From Candidatus Eiseniibacteriota bacterium (lineage in GTDB: Bacteria; Eisenbacteria; RBG-16-71-46; SZUA-252), in NCBI GenBank assembly GCA_035494915.1, contig DATJGP010000038.1, forward strand, positions 1 to 57,693: a DNA stretch of 57,693 nt, in the 5' to 3' direction. How positions within the stretch are numbered: position 1 is the stretch's first letter; each line of letters opens with the position of its first letter. The notes beneath the pieces are model-generated. The model was not told the DNA's origin and did not search any database. It was given only the letters and a program-made list of their open reading frames with translations. The position numbers were made by a program, and so were the translations under genes. Below, one piece after another: positions 24,042 through 32,904 of the stretch.

Positions 24042-25418
24042 TCAAACCGTGAGCGCGGGGATCGTCACCTCGGGAAATCTGGAGAGGGTATCGAAGACGT
24101 CGCGTGCTATTTCCTGGAGCCGTTCCCGCGACTTCGCTTCGAACCGGACCACCAGAACCGGCTGGGTATTGGATGCACGGATGAGACCCCAGCCGTCCCC
24201 GAACTGGACCCGGGCGCCGTCCACGTCGAGGACGTCGTACCGGGACCGGTAGTGCTCGCGAACGGAGTCCACGATAGCAAACTTGGCGGCATCGGTGCAA
24301 TCGAGCCTTAGCTCGGGGGTCGAGACGTAGTTCGACTGCGGGAGCTCCTTCACCAGCGCGGACAGAGGCCGGCCCGCCGAGGCGAGGATCCGCAGGAGGC
24401 GCCCCGCCCCGTAGAGCGCGTCGTCGTAGCCATAGAACTCGTCCGCGAAGAACATGTGCCCCGACATCTCGCCCCCCAGCGGCGCCCCCGTCTCGCGCAT
24501 CTTGGCCTTGATGAGGGAGTGCCCCGCCTTCCACATGACCGGATTGCCCCCCTTTTGCTTCACCCACTCGACGAGCCCCTGGGAGCACTTCACCTCGAAG
24601 ACCACGGTGCCTCCCGGCTTCTTCGCGAGCACGTCGGCCGCGAAGAGTCCGAGCAGCTCGTCTCCGAAGATCATCCGTCCGTTCTCGTCCACCGCCCCCA
24701 CGCGGTCCGCGTCGCCGTCGAAGCCGATTCCGACGTCCGCCTTCGTCGCGCGCACGCGATCGCACAGGGCCTTCATCAGCTCCGGCACGGTCGGGTCCGG
24801 CAGATGGTTCGGGAACCGGCCGTCCGGCTCGGCGAAGATCGCGTCCACCTCGCAGCCGATGGCGCGGAGGAAGCGCGGGCCGAGGATGCTGGCCGCGCCG
24901 TTCCCCGGGTCGCACACGACCTTGAGGGGCTTCGCGAGCTGGATCCGGCTCGTCAGGTCGGCCATGTAAGGCTCGTCGATCGAGACCTCCTCGACCGTGC
25001 CCCGCTTCTCGAGAACGCCCGCGCTCGCGGCGCGGCGCGCGATCTCCTGGATCTCCTCGCCATGGAGCGAGCTCGTGCCCTCCGAGACCTTGATGCCGTT
25101 GTACTCGATCGGGTTGTGGCTCCCCGTGATCATCACGCCCGCGTCCGTCTTCAGATGGAGCACGGCGAAATAGAGCGCGGGCGTCGGCACCTGCCCCACG
25201 TCCACGACCGAGGCCCCTTGATCGCGAAGCCCCTCGACCACCGCGGCGCGGATGCGCGGCGACGAGAGGCGGACGTCCCTGCCGACGGCGATCCGGCGCT
25301 TGCCGCGCTCCGCCATCATCTGCGCGAAGGCGCGTCCCACGGCGCGCGCGACGTCGTCGGTCAGGTCCCGGTCGGCGATGCCGCGGATGTCGTACTCGCG
25401 GAAGATCTGCGGGTTCAC
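24042..25418 (-). CDS. Phosphomannomutase/phosphoglucomutase
   Basis: 458-aa ORF containing the phosphoserine loop MITGSHNPIEYNG, the metal site GFDGDADR and the sugar loop GGEMSGH. The GTG start overlaps the prfB stop (GTGA). Confidence 0.9.
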   Translation of the reverse strand: MNPQIFREYDIRGIADRDLTDDVARAVGRAFAQMMAERGKRRIAVGRDVRLSSPRIRAAVVEGLRDQGASVVDVGQVPTPALYFAVLHLKTDAGVMITGSHNPIEYNGIKVSEGTSSLHGEEIQEIARRAASAGVLEKRGTVEEVSIDEPYMADLTSRIQLAKPLKVVCDPGNGAASILGPRFLRAIGCEVDAIFAEPDGRFPNHLPDPTVPELMKALCDRVRATKADVGIGFDGDADRVGAVDENGRMIFGDELLGLFAADVLAKKPGGTVVFEVKCSQGLVEWVKQKGGNPVMWKAGHSLIKAKMRETGAPLGGEMSGHMFFADEFYGYDDALYGAGRLLRILASAGRPLSALVKELPQSNYVSTPELRLDCTDAAKFAIVDSVREHYRSRYDVLDVDGARVQFGDGWGLIRASNTQPVLVVRFEAKSRERLQEIARDVFDTLSRFPEVTIPALTV

Positions 25419-26519
25419 GGGCGCTCCTTCATTCTGAGGTAGGCGTCGATGAATGGATCGAGGTCACCGTCCATCACGGCCTGAACGTCGGTGACGACGA
25501 CATCGGTTCGATGGTCCTTCACCTGAGTGTACGGCTGAAAGACGTACGAGCGGATCTGGTTCCCCCAGGCGATGTCCTTCTTGCCGCCGCCCAGCGAGTC
25601 CCGCTTCTCCTTGTCCTCCTCGAGGCGCAGAGCGTAGAGCCTCGCGGTCAGGATCTTCATCGCGGCGTCCCGGTTCCGGTGCTGCGAGCGCTCGTTCTGG
25701 CACTGGACGACGAGCCCGGACGGCAGGTGCGTGATCCGCACCGCGGACTCGGTCTTGTTCACGTGCTGCCCCCCCGCGCCGCTCGCGCGGTAGGTGTCGA
25801 TGCGGAGATCGCCGTCCTTGATCTCGATCTCCCCGCCGTCCCCCACTTGAGGGTAGACGAAGACGGAGGCGAACGACGTGTGGCGCCGTTTCTGCGCGTC
25901 GTAGGGAGAGATGCGCACGAGCCGGTGCACGCCGCGCTCGGCCTTGAGATAGCCGTACGCGAGATCGCCGTCGATCTGGAGCGTGGCGTCCTTGATCCCC
26001 GCCTCGTCCCCCGCCTGGTGGTCGAGCACCTGCGCCTTCCAGCCGCGCCGCTCGAAGTAGCGGAGGTACATGCGGAGCAGCATCTCCGCCCAGTCCTGCG
26101 ATTCCGTGCCGCCGGCGCCCGGATGGATGGTGAGGATCGCGCCGTGCGCGTCGCTCTCGTCGGAGAGGAGGCTCCGGATCTCGAGATCCTGGATGCGCGG
26201 GAGGAGACGCTTCGATTGCTCCTCCAGCTCCTCCGCGAGCGCCTCGTCCGGCTCGTCCGTCAAGAGCGCGGCCATGCCCTCGGCGTCGTCCACCTCGCGA
26301 GTCAGCTCCCGGTAGGGCTCGGTGACCCGCTTCAGCGACTTCAGCTCGGCGACCGTCTTCTGCGCCTGATCTCCGTCGTCCCAGAAGCCTGGAGCGGCCA
26401 TCCGCTCCTCCAGCTCCTTGGCCCGTGTTTCGCGATGATCGACGTCAAAGAAAGCTCCCGAGCTGCGCCAGGATCTGGCGTCCATCCTCGAGCCGCTTTC
26501 GCGTGGCACTCCAGTCCAT
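25415..26519 (-). CDS. prfB: Peptide chain release factor 2, expressed through a programmed +1 frameshift
   Basis: Frame 0 gives MDWSATRKRLEDGRQILAQLGSFL followed by TGA (26519..26445). The +1 frame continues DVDHRETRAKELEERMAAPGFWDD... with GAGGQHVNKTESAVRITHLP (GGQ motif) and RISPYDAQKRRHTSFASV. The joined product is about 367 aa: join(26519..26448, 26446..25415). Confidence 0.92.
26444..26459 (-). other. RF2 autoregulatory +1 frameshift site: SD-like GGGAG, 4-nt spacer, then CTT TGA C
   Basis: The minus strand reads cGGGAGctttCTTTGAC. CTT is at 26450..26448, the in-frame TGA at 26447..26445, and the GAC read after the shift at 26446..26444. The architecture matches the well-characterised E. 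coli prfB site (AGGGGGuauCUUUGAC). Confidence 0.9.
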
Positions 26520-26533
26520 CGATGCTCCCTTCG

Positions 26534-27133
26534 TCAGGCCTTCGCTTCGGACAGGCTCTGGATCTCGTCCCAGATCGCGTCCGCTCGCGTGAGCAGCGCG
26601 GCCTTGTCCCCCACATTCTCCACCTTCCAGAGTCGTTTCGCTCCGCGCACGGCCGGAAGCTTCTGCCCTTGGATGCGCCCGCGCGCTTCCTCGTCGGCGA
26701 AGGCGCGCGCCGCACGTAGCCTCCGCGCACGCTCGTCCTCCGACGCGACCACCTCGATCACGCCGTCGAGCTCGGGCTCCAGCCGCCACGTCGTGAGCAT
26801 GGCGGCATCGAGCACGCGCACGCCGCCGCCCGGCTCGTCCATCGCTGCCCGCACGCGCTCGAGCAGCTTCGGCTGCACGATGGCGTTGAGCCGCCTCATC
26901 CGATCCGGGTCCGCGAAGACGACCGCTCCCAGCCGCGCGCGGTCGACGTGCCCCTGCCGGTCCATGACGCCGGCGCCGAACGCCTCCGCGATCGCGTCGC
27001 GCACCTCGGGGAGGCGCAAGACCTCCCAGCCGAGCGCGTCGCCGTCGACGAGGTCGGCGCCGCGGTCCCGGAAGCGGCGCGCCAGGGTCGACTTGCCCGA
27101 CGCCATCGCCCCCGTGACGCCGATCCGGACCAT
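26534..27133 (-). CDS. coaE: Dephospho-CoA kinase
   Basis: 199-aa ORF. The N-terminal P-loop is MVRIGVTGAMASGKST, followed by DGDALG. The size is typical for CoaE. Confidence 0.85.
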   Translation of the reverse strand: MVRIGVTGAMASGKSTLARRFRDRGADLVDGDALGWEVLRLPEVRDAIAEAFGAGVMDRQGHVDRARLGAVVFADPDRMRRLNAIVQPKLLERVRAAMDEPGGGVRVLDAAMLTTWRLEPELDGVIEVVASEDERARRLRAARAFADEEARGRIQGQKLPAVRGAKRLWKVENVGDKAALLTRADAIWDEIQSLSEAKA

Positions 27134-27180
27134 CGCGTCAACCTATGGGCGCGCGCGCGGGAGGGTCAAGCCGAAAGCCC

Positions 27181-30063
27181 TCACGGGTGCGCGTCGGCCC
27201 AGTTGGGCCCGCTCCCCTCGTGCACCACCAGCGGCACGCGGAGCGGGATGGCATGCTCCATCACCTGGCGGATCACGGGGCCGATCTCGGCGATCTCCTC
27301 CGCGTCCGTCTCGAAGAGGAGCTCGTCGTGGACCTGCAGGATGAGCCTCGTGCGGCACTTCTTCTCCGCGAGGAGCGCGTCGATCCGCACCATCGCGATC
27401 TTGATGAGATCCGCGGCGGAGCCCTGGATCGGCATGTTGACCGCGGCGCGCTCGGCCTCCGCGCGGCGCGCCCCCTCCGCCCTCAGGTTCGCGAAGGGCC
27501 GGCGGCGCTTGAGGATCGTCTCCGCGTAGCCCGTGCGTCGCGCCTGCGCGAGGGTGCGGTCGATGTACTGTGCCACGCCGGCGAGGGTCCGCTTGTACTC
27601 CTCGATGAACGCGGCCGCGAGCGGGCGCGAGAGGTTGAGCTCCCGCGCGAGCCGCACCGGCCCCATGCCATAGAGGATGCCGAAGTTCACGATCTTCGCC
27701 TGCGCGCGCTGGGCGGACGTGACCTGGTCGGGCGGCACGCCGAAGAGCTTCGCCGCCGTCGTGGCGTGCACGTCCTCCCCGGTCCGGAACGCCTCGGTGA
27801 GCACGGGGTCGTGGGAGAAGTGCGCGAGCAGGCGGAGCTCGATCTGCGAGTAGTCGAAGGACGAGAGAAGGCCGTCCTTCCCAGGAGCGACGAATGCGCG
27901 ACGGATCGCGCTTCCCTCCTCCGTCCGGATCGGGATGTTCTGGAGGTTGGGATCGCTCGCGCTCAGGCGCCCGGTCGAGGCCACGGTCTGGTGGAACGTG
28001 GCGTGGAGCCGCCCCGTCTCCTTGTCCGTGAGGCGCGGGAGCGAGTCGACGTACCCGCTCTTCAGCTTCTGGATCTGCCGGTGCGCGAGGAGGAGTTTCG
28101 GGAGTGGGTGCACCACGGCGAGCGCCTCGAGCACCTCGACGTCGGTCGAGTAGCCTTCCTTCGTGCGCTTGCCGCGTGGCAGCTTGAGCCGCTCGAACAG
28201 CACCTCGGCGACCTGGCGCGGCGACGACACGTTGAACGGCACGCCGGCGACTTCCTGGATCTGATGATCGAGGCGCTCGAGCTCCGCCCCCATCTCCTTC
28301 GCCATGCCCTCGAGCTGGCTCGTGTCCACCTTCACCCCCACACGCTCCATGCGCGTGAGCACGCCGACGAGCGGCATCTCGACGTCGCGGAAGAGTGGGA
28401 GCGCCTCGGCCTTCTCGAGCTCGTTGGTGAGGATCGGAACGAGGCGAAGGCACGCGTCCGCGTCCTCGCAGCAGTACTCCGCCACGCGCTCGACCGGCGC
28501 GTCGGCCATGCTGATCTGTTCGCGTCCCGATCCGATCACCGATTCGGTCGTGATCTTCTTCAGCCCGAGACGGCTCCACGAGAGCGCGTCGAGGTTCTTC
28601 GGCTGGTCGGGATCGACGAGGAAACCGGCGATCATCGTGTCGAACGCCACGTCCTTGACCGGGATCCCGAACGCGTGGAGCACGTGCCAGTCGAACTTCG
28701 CGTTCTGCGCGACGCGCCAGCCGTCGGACGAGTCGAAGAACGGCCGGAGCGCCGCGCGCACCTGGTCCGGGTCGAGCATCGTTCCCTGCCGGTGCCCAAC
28801 CGGGAGGTAGAACGCGCGCCCCGGCGCGGTCGCGAGCGCCACGCCGACGAGATCGGAGCGGTGCGGGTCGAACCCCGTCGTCTCGGTGTCGAAGGCGACC
28901 GGACCCGACGCCTCGGCGAGCTCCCGCGCGAGCGCCTCGAGTCCTTCCGCGTTCTGGACGATGGTGTAGCTGCCGAAGGGCTCGCGCGGCGGCTCGAGCA
29001 GGGCCACCGCGGGCGCCGCTTCCGCCTTCGGCTCGGCGGATGTGCTCCTGACGGCACGGCGCGACGGCGCGGGCTTCAGGGTCTCCGGGAAGAGGTCCGT
29101 CGGGTGCGCTTCGGTTCCGGCATCCGCTGCCGGAGCGCCGCCGGGCGGTGCGGCGCCGGCGGGCGGCCCGTCCTCGCCCAGCTCGGCCGCGAACCTCCGC
29201 CGTAGCGTATGGAATTCGAGATCCGTCATGAGGGACGCGAGCTCGCGCGCCTGGAGCGGTTCTCGCTCCAGCTCGTCCCAGTGGCGGTCCAGCGGAAGGT
29301 CCGCGCGGATCGTGACGAGGGTGTGGCTCAGCCGCGCGTTGGCTTCGTTCACGCGCAGCTTTTCCCGGATCGCGGGGCGCTCCAAGGTGTCGAGCGAGCG
29401 ATAGAGCTCGTCGATCGAATGGTATCGCTGAATGAGCTGCGCCGCGGTCTTCTCTCCGATCCCCGCGACGCCCGGCACGTTGTCGGATGCGTCGCCCATG
29501 AGCGCGAGAAGGTCCACCATCTCCTCGGGGGCCACGCCGTACCGCTCCCGCACGGCGGCGGGATCCATCGGCTGGAGCTCACCCGTCTTCCCCTGCGGCG
29601 CCAGGACCCAGATGCGCTCGGAGACGAGCTGGAAGAAATCCTTGTCGCCGGTCAGGATCAGCGTGGTGGCGCCGGCGCGCTCCGCCTCCTTCGCGAGGCT
29701 CCCGATCAGGTCGTCGGCCTCGACGCCGTCCTGCTCGACGATGGGAATCCCGAGGAGCCCGATCACCTCGCGCGAGCGCGGGAGCTGCGCGGTGAGATCG
29801 GCGGGCACCGGGGGCCGGTGCGCTTTGTAGTCGGCGTACACGCGGTGGCGGAACGTCTTGGCTTTCGTGTCGAACACCATCGCCACCTTGTCGGGGTGGC
29901 GCGACGCGAGGAGGGGCAGGAGCGTCTGGAGGATCCCGTACGGGATGCTCGTCGGCTCCCCCTTCTTGTTCCGGAGCGGCTTCCGGATGAAGGCGTAGTA
30001 GCAGCGGTAGACGAGCGCCGACCCGTCGATGAGAAGGAGACGCTTACCCGCGCCGGCTTCCAT
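27181..30063 (-). CDS. polA: DNA polymerase I (5'-3' exonuclease, 3'-5' exonuclease-like and polymerase domains)
   Basis: 960-aa ORF. The N-terminal 5' nuclease region reads LLLIDGSALVYRCYYAF. The polymerase motifs are DYSQIELRLLAH, RAQAKIVNFGILYG and QVHDELLFE. Confidence 0.95.
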   Translation of the reverse strand: MEAGAGKRLLLIDGSALVYRCYYAFIRKPLRNKKGEPTSIPYGILQTLLPLLASRHPDKVAMVFDTKAKTFRHRVYADYKAHRPPVPADLTAQLPRSREVIGLLGIPIVEQDGVEADDLIGSLAKEAERAGATTLILTGDKDFFQLVSERIWVLAPQGKTGELQPMDPAAVRERYGVAPEEMVDLLALMGDASDNVPGVAGIGEKTAAQLIQRYHSIDELYRSLDTLERPAIREKLRVNEANARLSHTLVTIRADLPLDRHWDELEREPLQARELASLMTDLEFHTLRRRFAAELGEDGPPAGAAPPGGAPAADAGTEAHPTDLFPETLKPAPSRRAVRSTSAEPKAEAAPAVALLEPPREPFGSYTIVQNAEGLEALARELAEASGPVAFDTETTGFDPHRSDLVGVALATAPGRAFYLPVGHRQGTMLDPDQVRAALRPFFDSSDGWRVAQNAKFDWHVLHAFGIPVKDVAFDTMIAGFLVDPDQPKNLDALSWSRLGLKKITTESVIGSGREQISMADAPVERVAEYCCEDADACLRLVPILTNELEKAEALPLFRDVEMPLVGVLTRMERVGVKVDTSQLEGMAKEMGAELERLDHQIQEVAGVPFNVSSPRQVAEVLFERLKLPRGKRTKEGYSTDVEVLEALAVVHPLPKLLLAHRQIQKLKSGYVDSLPRLTDKETGRLHATFHQTVASTGRLSASDPNLQNIPIRTEEGSAIRRAFVAPGKDGLLSSFDYSQIELRLLAHFSHDPVLTEAFRTGEDVHATTAAKLFGVPPDQVTSAQRAQAKIVNFGILYGMGPVRLARELNLSRPLAAAFIEEYKRTLAGVAQYIDRTLAQARRTGYAETILKRRRPFANLRAEGARRAEAERAAVNMPIQGSAADLIKIAMVRIDALLAEKKCRTRLILQVHDELLFETDAEEIAEIGPVIRQVMEHAIPLRVPLVVHEGSGPNWADAHP

Positions 30064-30643
30064 AGAGACCCTTCTCGATCGCGTACCTCAGCGCGGCGTC
30101 GGGCATCCACCAGCGCACGGAGAGTCCGCGCCTGAGGCGCCTCCGGATCTCGCTCGACGAGATCCCGATCCGGGGCGGATCGAGGAGCGACACCCGGCCT
30201 CGAAGCTCCGGCCGGATTCGCGGAAGCCGTCCATCGCCCCGAGGAACCACGGCAAGCCGCGCCAACCGCGCGATCCGCTCCGGGTCGCGCCAGGTCGGAA
30301 AGTCGTCGAGGCTGTCCTGTCCCATCACGAAGTAGAGCGAAGGAGCGGCGCGCCGCGCGAGGCTCTCGAGCGTGTCCACCGTGAAGGAGACGCCGCCCCG
30401 ATCCACCTCGAGGGTCGACACCTCGAATTGCGGCGCGCCTCGCAGCGCGAGACGGAGCATCGCGACGCGATGCGCGGCGGATGCGATGGCGCGCGATCGC
30501 TTGTGCGCGGGGCGCGCGGCCGGGACGAAGAGGATGCGGTCGAGGCGGAGCTTCCCGAGCGCTTCCTGCGCCATGATGAGATGCCCGACGTGGACGGGAT
30601 CGAACGTTCCGCCGAACACGCCGAGGCGCTCGGCGCGACTCAA
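30044..30643 (-). CDS. nadD: Nicotinate-nucleotide adenylyltransferase
   Basis: It contains GVFGGTFDPVHVGH, the (H/T)xGH nucleotidyltransferase motif, and is 199 aa long. The TTG start overlaps the upstream stop (TTGA). Confidence 0.85.
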   Translation of the reverse strand: MSRAERLGVFGGTFDPVHVGHLIMAQEALGKLRLDRILFVPAARPAHKRSRAIASAAHRVAMLRLALRGAPQFEVSTLEVDRGGVSFTVDTLESLARRAAPSLYFVMGQDSLDDFPTWRDPERIARLARLAVVPRGDGRLPRIRPELRGRVSLLDPPRIGISSSEIRRRLRRGLSVRWWMPDAALRYAIEKGLYGSRRG

Positions 30644-31404
30644 TCCGTGCTCCGCTCGATCTTCTTGAGGCGCTTCGACGCCTCACGCTTCGTTCCGGAC
30701 GAGGCCGTGCCGTTCATCACAGAGCGGAGGGTGTCCGCCGCCTCCGCCTCGCGCCCGGTCTTCACGTAGGCGTCCGCGAGGAGCACGCGCGCGTCCAGGG
30801 ACCAGCGCGATTCCGGATATTCGTGAATGACCTGCTCGAAGTAGTGCCCCGCGGCGTCCCACTGCTTGAGACGCAGATAGAGGCGACCGTTGCGGAACGC
30901 CTTCTCCGCCTGCCGGTCCGTGAGCGCGCCCAGGCGCATGCGCGCTTCCTGCGCCTTGGGATGGTCCGAGTAGAGGGACAGGAAGTCCCGGTAGCGCGAG
31001 ATGGCCCGAGTCGTCTCCGTCTGGTCGAGCGGCGCGGGACGGGACTGCAGATCGTCGCAGCGCGCGAGCATGAAGAGCGCGTCCGGGTGGTACGGCGTCG
31101 TCGGGAAGTCGCGGATCAGCCGGTCGTACTGGCCGGACGCGAGAACGTAGTCCTTGGTGTGGAAGTACGATTCGCCCAGGTAGAAGAGCGCGTCGTCCGT
31201 CTTCTCCGTTCCGGGAAACTGCTCGACGTAGGCCTTGAGATCGGCGATCGCGTCGACCCAATCCTCACGGTCGAACTCCCCCTTGCCGCGCTCGTAGCTC
31301 GCGACGCCGCCGACCTGGGATTCCTTGAGCGTGCCCCCGCAGCCCGCGGCGACCGCCGCGAGGAGGAGCGCCGCCAGTGCGCGGCGAGCCATCCGGGATG
31401 TCAT
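30640..31404 (-). CDS. bamD: BamD/YfiO-like TPR lipoprotein (outer-membrane protein assembly)
   Basis: The lipobox is LLLAAVAAGCGG. The protein is 254 aa of TPR-like helices (ADLKAYVEQFPGTEKTDDALFYLGESYF...). This is a pattern-level assignment. Confidence 0.55.
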   Translation of the reverse strand: MTSRMARRALAALLLAAVAAGCGGTLKESQVGGVASYERGKGEFDREDWVDAIADLKAYVEQFPGTEKTDDALFYLGESYFHTKDYVLASGQYDRLIRDFPTTPYHPDALFMLARCDDLQSRPAPLDQTETTRAISRYRDFLSLYSDHPKAQEARMRLGALTDRQAEKAFRNGRLYLRLKQWDAAGHYFEQVIHEYPESRWSLDARVLLADAYVKTGREAEAADTLRSVMNGTASSGTKREASKRLKKIERSTD

Positions 31405-32150
31405 CGGGCGCGCGGCTCCTCCGCCCGATCCTCTTCCCGCTCCAGGAAGTCGAGATACGAGCGCGCTCGCACCTCGTCGCGGTTGTCCAGGAGGCAGCGC
31501 TCCCAGGCCTCGCGCGCGCGGACCTTGCGCCCCGCCTTCCAGTGGACCACACCCAGCGTGACACGCGCGTCGACGTAGCGCGGATTCTGCGCCAGGGCTT
31601 CCTCGAGCACCGTCTCCGCGTCGTGGTAGAGGCCCATCTCCGCGTACACGGAGCCCAGGCGGTTCTTGATGTCGAGGAACTGAGGCGCGTAGCGAAGCGC
31701 GCGGCGGTATTCCTGCGAGGCGTCGACGAGGAGTCCGAGGTCTCGGTAGGTGTCGCCCAGCTGCGTGTGGGACTCCGCGAGATGGGTGCGTACCTCGGGC
31801 GTCAGGTTCTCGTGATCCGGATCGCGCGGCCGCTCCATCTGGAACTCGCGGAGCGCCTCGTCGTAGCGGCCGAGATCGTTGAGCACGATGGCGAGATTGA
31901 GGCGGGCCTCCACGTACCGCGGATTCAAGTGGAGGGCGCGGCGGAAGGACTCGACCGCTCCCTCGCGATCGCCGCCCAGGCTCAAGGACAGGCCGAGCAG
32001 GTGATGGAGATCCGGAAACTCCCCGTGGATGGCAAGGGCCTCCCGGATCTCGCGCGCGGCCTCATCGTACAATCCGCGCTCGAAGTAATCGCGTGCGAGC
32101 ACCTGGTGCTGGCGCGCCGCGACTCCCATCGCGCTCCTCCCTGGAATCAC
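31401..32150 (-). CDS. Tetratricopeptide-repeat protein
   Basis: It contains repeated TPR units (YFERGLYDEAAREIREAL; AVESFRRALHLNPRYVEARLNLAIVL; YDEALREF; YRRALRYAPQFLDIKNRLG...). Confidence 0.7.
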   Translation of the reverse strand: MIPGRSAMGVAARQHQVLARDYFERGLYDEAAREIREALAIHGEFPDLHHLLGLSLSLGGDREGAVESFRRALHLNPRYVEARLNLAIVLNDLGRYDEALREFQMERPRDPDHENLTPEVRTHLAESHTQLGDTYRDLGLLVDASQEYRRALRYAPQFLDIKNRLGSVYAEMGLYHDAETVLEEALAQNPRYVDARVTLGVVHWKAGRKVRAREAWERCLLDNRDEVRARSYLDFLEREEDRAEEPRAR

Positions 32151-32163
32151 GTCCCCCTCCGGC

Positions 32164-32904
32164 TCAGTTGCGGTTGGAATAGAAGAGCACCACGAGCCCG
32201 GTCACGACGCCGATCACGATCATCGGCTCGAGCCAGCGGGTGCCTCCTCCCCGCGGCACGGGGGGATTGAGATACCCCGACCCTGTCGCGGCGTAGGCCA
32301 CGTCCCCCTTCGGGACCACGTCACTCGCGCTCCGTGCGGCGGAGCGCGTCCAGACCACGTCTCCGTTCTGGGGATCGAAGAGGGTCGCGCTCGCCCGCAT
32401 GCCCGCGAGCCGCTCGTACCCTTTGGTCCCAAACGGAAAGGAACCCAGCCGGCGAACGTAGGTTACGCCTGAGCCTTCGACCAGGACTTGAAGCCGGAGC
32501 GGCGCGGCGGGATCGGACACGTGGCTCGACGACGACGTTGCGGCGAGCGCGGAATCCCCGGGCGCGACTCCCGGCTGTGCCCCCATGGGGCTCAGCCCCC
32601 GATCGAGGTCCGACGGCATGGCGTCACCGCGCGCGATCCGCACCGGGACCCCGAGCGCCTTCATGCGCTCCATGAGGGACTGCGTCAGAAGGCCGAGCGT
32701 GTCCCCCGGAGTCGGCGTGGCCAGCGCCACCGGCCGCCCTGAGGGGAACGTCGCTCCCTGGAGGAGGTCCGCCGCCACCGTGTCGGCGACGGCGTCCAGC
32801 GCCATGCTGTGCGTGGGGGGCATCGGCGATTTCGCGGCGGCCGTTCCCGACATGAGGACGAGTCCCGCGACCGCCAACGCGCTGGTCCAGCGTCTCCCCA
32901 TCAC
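32164..32904 (-). CDS. Hypothetical exported protein with a C-terminal transmembrane anchor
   Basis: The signal peptide is WTSALAVAGLVLMSGTAAA and the C-terminal TM segment is WLEPMIVIGVVTGLVVLFY. I recognised no family. It is coding-like and tightly packed with its neighbours. Confidence 0.5.
   Translation of the reverse strand: MMGRRWTSALAVAGLVLMSGTAAAKSPMPPTHSMALDAVADTVAADLLQGATFPSGRPVALATPTPGDTLGLLTQSLMERMKALGVPVRIARGDAMPSDLDRGLSPMGAQPGVAPGDSALAATSSSSHVSDPAAPLRLQVLVEGSGVTYVRRLGSFPFGTKGYERLAGMRASATLFDPQNGDVVWTRSAARSASDVVPKGDVAYAATGSGYLNPPVPRGGGTRWLEPMIVIGVVTGLVVLFYSNRN

Noticed and set aside
27143-28579. Long same-strand alternative-frame ORFs nested inside real genes: 27143..28579, 19358..20653, 14365..15522, 8928..9920, 49962..51077, 23959..24915, 17397..18332 and 43172..44767 (5' part).
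   Set aside because: They are Arg/Pro/Gly-rich out-of-frame readings of polA, the metalloprotease-like gene, the barrel gene, the receptor, kdsD, manB, GH57 and the PTS genes. None has family motifs, and the overlapping frame is clearly the functional one.
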